Positions 52,579 through 64,000 of a DNA stretch of 64,000 nt are shown piece after piece. Source of the DNA: Octopus vulgaris (taxonomy: Eukaryota); the NCBI GenBank assembly GCA_951406725.2, contig OX597823.1, positions 30,566,001-30,630,000 on the forward strand. The letters run 5' to 3'. Position numbers and translations under genes: made by a program. The notes under the pieces are model-generated. The model saw nothing but the letters and a program-made list of their open reading frames with translations. It had not been told where the DNA came from and did no database searches. Every line of letters begins with the position of its first letter. The first letter of the stretch is position 1.

Positions 52579-53115
52579 TCATCATCATCATCATCATCAT
52601 TTAGCATCCGCTTTCCATGCTAGCATGGGTTGGACGGTTCAACTGGGGTCTGTGAAGCCAGAAGGCTGCATCAGGCCCAGTCTGATCTGGCAGTGTTTCT
52701 ACGGCTGGATGCCCTTCCTAACGCCAACCATTCCGTGAGTGTAGTGGGTGCTTTTTACATGCCACCCGCACAGGTGCCAAACGGAGCTGGCAAATGGCCA
52801 CGGACAGATGGTTCTTTTTACGTGCCACCGTCACGGGGGCCAGGCGAGACTAGCAACGGCCACGGACGGATGGCGCTTTTACGTGCCACTGGCACGGGGG
52901 CCAGGCGAGGCTGGCAACGGCCACGAACAGATGGTGCTACGGGGGCCAGGCAAGGCTGGCAACGGACACAAACGGATGGTGCTTTTACGTGCCACCGGCA
53001 CGGAGGCCAGTCGGGGCGGCGCTGGCAACGGCCACGATCGGATGGTTCACTTACTTGTCACCAGCACTGGTACCACAGCTGCAATTTCCATTGATGTTGA
53101 TCGACTTCGATTTTG
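52579..53115 (-). mobile_element. Young RTE 3' UTR copy with tandem subrepeats, inserted in a TTAA-MITE
   Basis: (CAT)n, then the tail, then about 5 subrepeats containing cttttacgtgccac...ggcaacggccacg. Both flanks match the 21343-21569 MITE, ending taaatactaaagggttaa at about 53148. Confidence 0.8.
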
Positions 53116-54456
53116 GTTCTGCTTTCTGATTAAATACTAAAGGGTTAAGGCTCATCTATAATTGCATGCTTTGCCCATCATCTGGTGGACCGTTCTCTCT
53201 CATCTATGCTTCATCATGTTTTGCCTTGTATAAGTTTTGATCAAGGGAGTTGGAACCCATGAGGTTTGCAAGCCCTCCATTAGCCTTATTAGTAATGAGT
53301 TCTGTAAATATTCTCTCTACTACAACTCTTGTCCTCACCTGCTTATTTAGAGAAGAGTTTCTACTGACATTTTAAGTATAAGTTTCATTAACTGCTATGC
53401 AATTAACCAGTACTGACAAATTCATCATCGTCATCATCATCATCATTGTTTTAACATCCACTTTTCCATGCTTGACTGGTTTGGACAAATTATTAGGGTT
53501 GATTTGTCTACAGTTGAATGTCCTCCCTGTCACCAAGCCTCACCTGTTTTCAAGCAAGATAATATTTCTCCAAGGTCAGACACTTTTTACATGTCATTAA
53601 CTAGTATTATTAACTTCTTTGTAATAAACCAGTACTGTTAACTTGTGAGACCTCAGTAGTACAGTTAGGTCAGACTATCATATTTGGGCAGATGTTCTGA
53701 CCCCGACATGATGTTGGGAGACTGTGTGGGATTGCTTTAGTGGAGTTGGATAGTAGGCCCTGGTGGTATTCATTACAGCTCTCAGCTCTCTGAGTTCAAA
53801 TCTCACTGAGTCAACTTTGCTTTCCATTCTCCTCTCAGGGCAGATAAATTTAGTACCAGTTCAGGGCTGTGAATTGCACCATTGCACTGTTAAAGCAAAG
53901 GTTGTTAGTCTTTTCTAACCCATCACCCCTTTCACTGAATGGCATTTCACAAACATACTTCCCTGTGTTTTGCCAAAAAAAAATAATACATGAATAAACA
54001 GCAGATTATCCTCATGAAACAGAAGCTAATTTTCCCCAGTTGTTTATTATCCATATTATCTTATTTTAATCCCTTCCATTATGTTCCTCCATTTAGATAT
54101 TTCCATGGACTGATGTAAATGTCCTTCTCATATTCTAATCCTGACAAAGCTGTTTTTGAAAATGTGTCTAAAATTATTAGTAGTCCTGGTTTAAATATTT
54201 TATTTCTAATAAATAAATATTTAGAGGGGATTAAAGGATAAAAGTCTCCTCTAATCCTCTTTAAACATACAGCATGACCCACAGTACCCCTTTGACATTC
54301 GCTGGAGACATTGCTAGTGTCATGGTGAGAGTACGATACCCTCTGACGAGAGTAGACGGAACCACTACATAGAAATAGTAGCAGTCTGATGTAGTCAGCA
54401 GTTTGTAGTTTGGTCTTTGAAGTCTAGGTTCAGTTCGAGTTAGTGCATTGGAAATA

Positions 54457-54810
54457 TTCTTTTCTACTCTAGGCACAAGGCCTGAAGTTTTGGGGGAGGG
54501 GGCCAGTCAATTAGATCGACCCCAGTACACAAATGGTACTTAATTTATCGACCCCGAAAGGATGAAAGGCAAAGTCAACCTAGGTGGAATTTGAACTCAG
54601 AACAAAAAGACAGATAAAATATCGCTAAGCATTTCACGGCCAGTCGATTAGATTGACCTCAGTATGCAACTGGTACTTAATTTATCAACCCCGAAAGGAT
54701 GGAAGGCAAAGTTGACCTCAGCAGAATTTGAACTCAGAACCTAAAGACAGACGAAATACCACTAAGCATTTCGCACAGAGTGCTAACGTTTCTGCCAGCT
54801 CACCCACTTA
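54457..54810 (-). mobile_element. SINE family B with internal tandem duplication
   Basis: ggccagtc...ttagat...gacc...ggtacttaatttatc...gaatttgaactcagaac occurs twice (about 54500 and 54638). Confidence 0.8.
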
Positions 54811-57074
54811 GTGTGTCGGAAATATTAATTGTTGGTTCGTTACATGTTTGTTATTGCTGCTGTTTCTATTTTGTATTGTTATAGCACTGTTACAGCGTAT
54901 TCTTTATTTATTGTTGACAGTATCAACCGTACTACAATATTGGAGGCGTAAGGATATAACAGCCAACTAGCTTAGGAATCAGTGTGTTTGAGCACTGGAA
55001 GAGATACATTACAGTGTCTTTGAGTTCAAATTTCCACCTGGACACCTTTGGTTAGGGCTGATCACCTGGTCATGGAAACACTCTGTCCAATACGCACGAT
55101 TGGTCAGCATGTACAGGTAGGCCTACAACAACCAGCTGTAGGTAAGCTGGCAATGGCATAGTGAAGTTTCACCCTACAGTGATTAAATGGAGTAGAATGT
55201 TGAGTAGAATGTTGATGTTCTCAATAAGTTACTACATAAGAGCTCGCCATTATGAGCAAGGAAGATATATTCACCTGCTCGTGAATATCCCTGCTTGTGT
55301 GTGTGTGTGTGTGTGTGTGTGTGATGAATTAAACTGAGAGAGAATGACTGCTGTACACACTTTCATCCCTGTACATTTCATTCATTCATTCATTTTTACA
55401 TTTGTTTTTCCATGCTGGTATGGGTTAGCCAAATATTATTGAGGCATTGTTTTGCAGTTGGACGCCCTTTCTGTCACTAACCCGGACTTGTTTTCCAAAG
55501 TAAGAGCTCCCTTATTCCACATGTCTTTGAAGTTGCGAAGTGAGTGAATAATTTGTTGACAGAAGTGATAACACTGCTCATAGCTCACAAGATTCTTAGA
55601 CCACAAAGATAAATACATTTGCATGCACACACAAACACACAAAACAGTCTTCCTTCAGTTTCTGTCTACTAAATTCACTTACAAGGCTTTAGTCAGTCTA
55701 GGGTTAAAATACAAGGACAAATGTCTTAGGTGCCATGTAGTGGAACTGAACCCAAAACCCCATGGTTGGGAAAGTGAACTTCCTAACCACACTGCCATGC
55801 CTGAGACTATGATTAAAACCAAAGTCTGGGTCCAGTACCAGGTCAGTTCGTGATTGGGCAGGGATAAATCTCAGAAGCTGGAGTGACTCCTTCTGGACCA
55901 TGGGCAGAATTGAAGTTATTACAACCAGCTAATGCAACGTTTTGTTAATTATTATTGCTTAATCCCAAATTAACTGTGATTTATCAAACATGATCAAAGA
56001 CATTCCAGTCATAACCACCTTGTCGTTTTTATTATATTTAGGTCTAGATACAGGCATGGCAATGTGGTTAAGAAGTTTGCTTCCCAGTCACAAGGCTTTG
56101 AATCCAGTCCCATGGAGTGGTCCCTTGGACAAGTGTATTCTACTATAGCCCTAAGCTCACCAAAACTGTGTGAGTGGATTTGATAGATGGAAACTGAAAG
56201 AAGACCATCATGTTTATGTGTAAGAGAGAGAGGGAGTGTTTGTGTTTTCTTGTCTTGACATCATGTGCAACTGGGATGTTTTTTTTTGTTTCCAGTATTA
56301 TGTGAAAACAGCTCTGGCTATGAGGAAATATTAGCTTGCTTGGAAACAGCTGAGTGTTGGCAACAGGGAGAGCATCCTAAGTGTAGAAAATTTGTTTCAG
56401 ATAAACTAAATCTGACCCCTGCACACATGGAAAGGGGAACATTAAAACAATCCCAATTATGACGGTGATGACTCTATTGTCCAGTGTGTCCATTTTCAAG
56501 ATAGTAGGATGTGTGAGAAAGAGGTTTAGCTGCTATTTCTTGCAGTTGAATGACCATTCATGTCAAGGCACTTTTGTGATGGTCAATAGTGATACTACTA
56601 TTTATGGCATTGTTACTTCCTGTGATACCTTTTACAGCTATGTTGACTGAGGCAAATGACAATTAAGCATGTGACCTACCTATAAATTACAGTACCATTA
56701 GCTTGATGTGAACTCTTCTCCTAGCTGGTGGCACTCCTACCTTATCCACTCAGCCATCATATATCTCCAATTGATAAATAATGATAGAACTTCAATCTCT
56801 CTTTGTCACACACACATACACTCACACATTTCCTTATAAAGGCATTATAAGGAAAGAGGCTGTGACTCACAAGATAGACATATTCACTTGACATCAGTTA
56901 TATTGGAATATTAAAACTGTACACAGCTTATATATTGTGTATGTGTGGGGACACACACACACATGTAAACCTAACCCTAGCTCTTATTTGAACAGATATA
57001 AAATGTATAATTAATTCAAATGGGCAAAATTGTTTTTTTTTTAATTTAGTAGCTTACTCTTTTACTCTCCCTTT

Positions 57075-57470
57075 TACTCTTTTACTTGTTTCAGTCATTT
57101 AGACTGTGGCCATGCTGGAGCACCGCCTTTAGCCGAGCAAAGTGACCCCAGGACTTATTCTTTGTAAGCCTAGTAGTTATTCTATCGGTCTCTTTTGCTG
57201 AACCACTGAGTTACGGTGACGTAAACACACCAGCATCAGTTGTCAAGTGATGTTGGGGGGACAAACATATATACACACACACATATATATATATATACAT
57301 ATATACGATGGGCTTCTTTCAGTTTCCGTCTACCAAATCCACTCACAAGGCTTTGGTCAGCCCGAGGCTATAGTAGAAGATACTTGCCCAAGGTTCCACG
57401 CAGTGGGACTGAACCCGGAACCATGTGGTTGGTAAACAAGCTACTTACCACATAGCCACTCCTACGCCTA
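57075..57470 (-). mobile_element. Full-length SINE family A
   Basis: Reverse orientation with internal (CA)(TA) tract. Confidence 0.85.
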
Positions 57471-57742
57471 GCTTGTTCTAGTTTTGTATTTTTAAAATGA
57501 AATGACTTCCAGTTATGGACAAAGACCAAAGTACACACTTTGTACACACATACATGAACACATATGCATATAGGTACTACAGGTATGCTTAGTCACAGTG
57601 GTGAGGTGTTTGTAAATTGTGTGTGTATGTGTGTGTAAATATGGTTATTGTAAAAGATTCAGTTATCTCTTTCTTCTGCTGTCTATCTCTGTTTCTCAAT
57701 TTACATTTTAATTACACACTCCAATACACCCAAGAGAGTATA

Positions 57743-57814
<72 letters not shown>

Positions 57815-59043
57815 TCTCTCTCATTGTGTATGTAACTCAAATATATTCCCTCATCCTTGCTCCTGCAGAACTAACTTCCTTCATAAGTTCAAAGGAAGGT
57901 GAGGTCCCTATTTGCCATTGTATATGTATCAGTCCATGCATGACTGTGAATAGAAGACAGAAGAAGAATAGAAGAATAGTGGGAAGTGGGGGGCCAGAAG
58001 GAGTCAGTGGTCTTATTAAGGCCACATCCTCTTCCTTGCTTTTATTTCGATTTTGTTTTTCTTTCTGTAATCTCCCCAGGAGTATTTTTTTCTTGCATGC
58101 ATTATTTTGGACAGGAAGAAGGGGAAGTATGAGGGGGCTGCTACATTCTTGTATTCTTTCAGTTTCAGTGGTAGGACTGCAGCCATACTGGAGCACCACT
58201 TCATTTATTTTCTTTAATGTTTTGTTGTTGCTTTAGGGCTGATTTTCCCTAAATGTTCTTCAAATGGTTCCCTGGTCTGGTATCATCATTAGGTGTGTGT
58301 CCAATCTTTGTCTAAAGGTTTCTGTAGCACTCCCTCTTATCACACCCCCTCAGACACAAGCATTGTTTCTGAACCACATCCATGCTATTCATGTACATGT
58401 GGGTGAATATATGGCACAATAAAATGCACCAAGTAAAAACTTAGATAAAAACTTAGATATGTTTTGACCAAAGATTGGTCTAGGCTATATCTAACTTAAT
58501 AGCACCACCTGATATACACTTTAAATTGATTAGCATAAGGAAAATCATCTGGTTGTAAAAAAATTCTATTTGCAGCTACAATGGCTGGGTTCTTTCCTCT
58601 ATTGTGGTGTGTGCCAGATAACAGAAGTTTGCAATGAGTGACAAACTGCTGAGACCTGTCCAAACCATACCCAGCATAAATATGATGGTGGTGGTGAAAA
58701 CGATGATGATTCACAATGTCCCTGCTAAAGCAAGTATATCATCATCAACATCACCATTCTAACACTCACTTTTCCATGAATTTGTTGAGATAGATTTTTT
58801 TTTATTGTTGGATGCTCTTCCTGTCATAAACCCTTACTTGTTTTTAAGGAATGTTACATTTCCCCATGGTTGGACATGTTTTCTCATTATTGGAAACAAG
58901 AGACTTCGCTTGTATAATGGTGCTGTTTGTTTACGGCTGTCACACTTTGTCAAGGTGAGGGGACATAAAAACATATATACATGCAAACTCACATTTACAT
59001 ACACACACACACACGTGTCTATGTATGTCTGTATGTATGCATG

Positions 59044-59081
<38 letters not shown>

Positions 59082-59145
59082 TATATATGTGCATATATAT
59101 TTATATGTATGTATGTATGTATGTATATGTGTGTGTGTGTGTGTG

Positions 59146-59179
<34 letters not shown>

Positions 59180-59181
<2 letters not shown>

Positions 59182-59398
59182 GATGCCAGTGCTGCCTGAG
59201 TGTGCTGGTGGCATGTAAAAGCACCCACTACACTCTTGGAGTAGTTAGCATTTGGAAGGGCATCCAGCTGTAGAAACCATGCCAAATCAGATTGGAGCCT
59301 GGTGCAGCCTCCCAGCTTGCCAGTTCTCAGGCAAACCGTCCAACCCATGCCACGTGGAAAGCGGATGTTAAACAACAACAATGATGATGATGATGATG
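59180..59398 (+). mobile_element. RTE 3' tail copy
   Basis: Matches 49270-49484. Confidence 0.8.
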
Positions 59399-60169
59399 TT
59401 GATATATAATGTGTGTTTGTGTAGATGTGTGTGGTCATATAAAATGTGATTTTGAAAAATCAATATGCATGTAAAAGTAAACTAATTAAAATTCAATGAA
59501 TAAATAAATTAATTAATTAATTAATTAATTAATTAATGAAAGTGGTGATACAATTCAATCATATTAACTAAATGTATCTTTCCTTGCTGAAGAACCCTGC
59601 TTGAGACAAGAACCTTTGTCCCCTTCATCACAGCAAATTAATTTATGCCGTTTTATAAATATTTGATACTTATACTTACCATGGTTTCAATGGGATGTAA
59701 TTGTGATCATCAGTAAACGTAAACTAAAAGCATTCTCGACTTACCACCTATCAGCTCAGCTCATCCATTATTTCTTCCCCTTTATGTAGCATTATTATTA
59801 TTATTATTATTATTCTACATTTTTAATATACATTTCCTATCAAAATCCTACAATTTGAAAGTGTCTAAGTTACTCATTGAGCATGTGTGTGAAGGAATGT
59901 GCATATGTTGATGTATGAGTATGGCTATGTGTCTATGTGTACAATTATATTTATGTTTTTGTATGTGCTCCTATTCATGTATGTAGGAAAGCATCGAACT
60001 GGGAACATGAAGACAAGATGTCATGTTGGAAAATTTTTGCCATCTTTTTATTTTTTATTTATATTGTTCTTAGCAACTATACTTAAAAAGCAGAAATGTA
60101 TTATACACCCAAATGCTTCCATGAGATTTTTTCATGGAAGAAGTTACATGTCCCGGTTGTACTTTAATA

Positions 60170-60572
60170 TTCTTTTCTACTCTAGGCAGAAGGCCCAAAA
60201 TTTTTGGGGAGGGAGCCAGTCGATTAGATTGAACCCTAGTATGCTACTGGTACTTAATTTATTGACCCCGAAAAGATGAAAGGCAAATTTGAACTCAGAA
60301 CATAAAGACAGACGAAATATCACTAAACATTTCGCCTGGCATGATAACATTTCTGCCAGCTCGTTGCCTTAAACCATGTGTATATTCTTTTCTGTTCCAC
60401 TCTCGACACAAGGCCCAAAATTTTTGTGGGGTGGGGCCAGTCATTTAGATCGACCCCAAAAGGATGAAAGGCAAAGTCGATCTTGCCACAATTTGAACTC
60501 AGAACATAAAGACAGATGAAATACTGCTAAGCATTTCACCCAGCGTGCCAACATTTCTGACAGCCTGCTGCC
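60170..60572 (-). mobile_element. Two SINE family B copies
   Basis: aggcccaaaa...gaccc...gatgaaaggcaaa...gaactcagaac occurs twice. Confidence 0.8.
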
Positions 60573-61498
60573 TTGTTGGACTTTAATATTGACTGCTGTC
60601 ACCCCCGCTTGAGGGCATCTTGGGCAAATGTCTTCCACTATAGCCCCAAGTGAACCAAAAGCCTAGGGATTGGATTTGGTAGACAGAAAATTAAAGAAGT
60701 GTGTGCGTTTGTGTGTCCTTGTCCTGACATAATGACATAGTTGTAAATGAGTGTTGGTATCATACAAGCACTGTCATTCATTTCCAAAATTCTGCAAAAA
60801 CGTCTGGCCAGAATGAAATGTTACCTTGCTTGGAAACAAGTAAAGGTTGGCGACAGGAAGGACATCCAGCCATAGAAAATCAGCCTCGATAAACTCCATC
60901 CAACCCATACAAGCATGAACATGTGGACATTAAGAAAAAGATGATGATGACGACGACGATGACGACGATTACAATATACATCATGTAAGACATGAGCACA
61001 AACTTAAAACAAACAAAAAAAAACAATAAGTCCCCTCAAAGGACTTGTAGCAAGCTGTCACTATTCCAGTTTCAAATCTCACTAGAAAACATATAAAACA
61101 ATCACTCCCTTCTTCCCTTACCTTGCCCCTACAAAGAAACAAATATCAATCATCTTTAATTTACAAAATGCTTCAAAGTCCGGGAAGCCAATCCTAAATG
61201 TTGTGAGTCAGTGGAGAATGAGTCACATAGCAAAGTCTGTCAGTACATAAATCTTTCTGGTTCATTAAAACAGGGAGGAGAAACATAATGTTATGTTAGT
61301 ATAATTCGATGTATCAGTATGACTGTTGTAATGTGCAGTAAGAAAAAGGACTCAATGATGCAGAAATGAGGATAAATGAGAGCTGTTTATTGTCTTCTTA
61401 GACTACATGACCAGTTGTTATTGTTCTGAGGAGATGAAACAGAAAGAATTGTAACGGCTGGTCATGTTGTAAAGGAGATTTTCGACTCCTATAATCCT

Positions 61499-61571
<73 letters not shown>

Positions 61572-61931
61572 TCCTTCTCCACATGTGTATGTGTGTAAAA
61601 CTGACCAATCAAAACCTGTCACTATCAGGAAATACACGATTCATCAACAAAATTATATATGCATACATAGATGAGTGTGTATGTGTGTATTTATGTATAT
61701 CATCATCATCATTGTCATCATCATCATAGTCATCATCATCATTGTCATCATCATCATCATCATCATCATCAATTTAACTTCTGTTTTCCATGCTGGTATT
61801 GCTTGGACAGTTTGACAGGAGCTGGTAAACCAGATAACTGCACCAGACTCCATTTGTTTGTTTTGGCTGGGTTTCTATGGTCATATGCCCTTCCTAATGC
61901 CATCCATGGGTGCTTTATATGTGGCACCAAC

Positions 61932-61994
<63 letters not shown>

Positions 61995-62110
61995 AGAATT
62001 CAGTATCACATCTAACAAGATAAAGTAGAGCCCCAAAATAGACTAGTAACCCTAAAACTCCAAATTGAACTGCGACTAAAATCAAGGATGTTTTAGTTGC
62101 ATAATGCCTA

Positions 62111-62426
62111 TTGGCTATAGGCAGTTCAGCAATTACCTAAGGGCAGTTCAGCAATTGGCTATGGGCAGTTCAGCAATTGGCTATGGACAGTCCAGCAATT
62201 GGCTATAGGCAGTCCATCAGTTGGCTACGGGCACTCCATCAATTGGCTATAAACAGTCCAGTAATTGGCTTAGGCAGTTCAGCAATTGGCTATAGGCAGT
62301 CCATTAACTGGCTATAGGCAGTTCATCAATTGGCTATAGGCAGTCCATCAATTGGCTATAGGCAGTTCAGCAATTGGCTATGGGCAGTTCATCAATTGGC
62401 TATAGGCAGTCCATCAATTGGCTATA
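62111..62426. repeat. 22-bp minisatellite, about 14 copies
   Basis: Unit ttggctataggcagt(t/c)ca(g/t)caa arranged head-to-tail. Confidence 0.95.
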
Positions 62427-62527
62427 CAAACATAAAAGGGTAAAATTTGAACAGGCAAAAATCATTGTTATCAGGTTAGATTATGACATTTTCTTCTTTT
62501 CAAACATGATGTTACATTAGTTTAGAT

Positions 62528-62874
62528 TAGTGGTTTTCAACCAGGGTCTTTATGGCTCCTGAGGATCCACATAAAATTTCTGGGGGTCAATGTAACAAAG
62601 TTGTAAATAGGGGATCCACAATTGTGTATTTTGGTCCCTTGAGAAAAATTTGCTTAAGATGTATGTATTGGTAGGTATTGCAAGAAACAGCTAAATTTCT
62701 TTCTTCAATATTTTACATAGTTCAACCTACTCAAGTTAATGTTTGGAAGACAAAATAGGAATTTTGTAAGAAATCTATAAAACTAGTTTTTAAACATTGA
62801 ATGGCTATGGGGGTCCACCAGAGTAAAATAGTAATCAAAGGGCTCCATAGGTGAAAAATGGTTGAGAACACCTG
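62528..62874. mobile_element. hAT (Charlie-like) MITE
   Basis: TIRs tagtggttttcaacc and ggttgagaacacctg resemble CAGTGGTTCTCAAC. The 8-bp flanks gtttagat and gtataaat are an imperfect TSD. Confidence 0.65.
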
Positions 62875-64000
62875 GTATAAATCATAAGAAGGAATGAAGT
62901 AAATAAATGTGCAGAAATTTTCTTACAGCTGTTTCAAGAACAGATGCACAGATGATACATGTTGTGCAAAACAAGGAGTTCATATATCGGTGATCTTTTC
63001 CATTATCAGAGGGAGAATGGGAAGTATTATAGAAAGCTTTGACTTACTAATGTAGTTAGGTATAGAGGAATGCTAAAATGAGAAGAGTAAGGGAAAATAA
63101 GGTCACGATCCCTTGCAAGTGAGATATGGTTATAGTGCATTCTTCAATGCAGATGTGTCTTATCAGGTGACTTTTCAAAAGATACCTCATTTAATAAACT
63201 CAGTTTTGCTTGTTTCAATTATACAGCTTGTTGTTATTTGCCTGTAGGTGGTTGCTTGTGTGTTGGTTCTATGTAAAAAGCACTGGTGATTGTACCATGT
63301 AAAAAGTACCCAGTACACTCTGTGAAGTGGTTAGTATGAGGAAGGGCATTCGGCCATAGAAACCATGCTAAAACAGAGCATGGAATCTGGTGTCCAACCC
63401 ATGCCAGCATGGAAGGCAGACGTTAAATGTTGATGATGATGATATGTGTGTGTGTGCATGTGTATAAAAATATATACAGAGACACACATACACACAGACA
63501 TGTATATGCCTTACATGCAACAGATCAACAGATTTCTCTTGTTTACTTAAATAATAAAAATAACAATAATTTAAATAACCATATCCTGTTTGTAGTCACA
63601 CGCTTTTACTAGGATACAGAATATATTAAATACAGGAACAGCAGGCTGTTTATTGTATTACAGTCACACATTGTGATACAGGCACTCCTCTTTCGATTGC
63701 CTGTGATGTTTGAACTGTTCTAATTATTTGCATCTCTTTACACTGCTGAAACTGTTTTTCTTCAGGTGTTCACTGACCATTTTTCATTACATTCCTGTCA
63801 GCTCACCAAAAGAAAGCTTAGAGTAACTCTTTAGAGACTCATTGTCCATATTTGAAGAGAGTTAGATTTTGAAATAATGTGTGTCTCGAAAAACATACCC
63901 AACCAGCAGAGGCAATGAAACGAGCAAACAAAATCAGTCATCTGTGAAGTTATAAAGATCAAAAATGATCAATATCATGAAATAGTATGTTGTTTCTATC

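Noticed and set aside
54079-54330. 67-aa minus-strand ORF and a small plus-strand exon-like segment
   Set aside because: No recognisable domain, and the phase is incompatible with direct splicing to the 14765 donor.
56829-56855. 11-bp stem-loop tttccttataa/ttataaggaaa
   Set aside because: Short AT-rich inverted repeats are expected by chance in this composition, and a terminator call is not meaningful here.
56967-56981. Telomere-like aacctaaccctag
   Set aside because: Only about two imperfect units, not an array.
59670-59750. Two minus-strand gtaagt donors suggesting a nested micro-exon
   Set aside because: The implied intron is only about 20 nt and there is no supporting ORF.
62111-62426. 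CRISPR-like regular repeats
   Set aside because: The units are contiguous with no unique spacers, there are no cas genes, and the context is eukaryotic.

Overview
AT-rich, microsatellite-saturated eukaryotic DNA. The repeat families suggest a cephalopod (Octopus-like) genome; this is an inference. Most listed ORFs are translated microsatellites. The only convincing host coding sequence is a probable first coding exon of a membrane protein (14303-14765, +), in a CpG-retaining block, with a candidate divergent minus-strand exon and an RFX X-box just upstream. The rest is intron/intergenic sequence filled with tRNA-derived SINEs, RTE-LINE remnants and their (GAT)n tails, Tc1/mariner remnants, piggyBac-like and hAT-like MITEs, foldback elements and minisatellites. 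The most interesting signal is several unrelated short repeats carrying minimal Penelope-type hammerhead ribozyme cores, mostly embedded in (TA)n tracts. One of them has a tRNA-like Pol III head and appears to have moved as a unit with a 6-bp TSD, making it a candidate Penelope-dependent, ribozyme-bearing SINE. All calls were made by eye and no searches were run.
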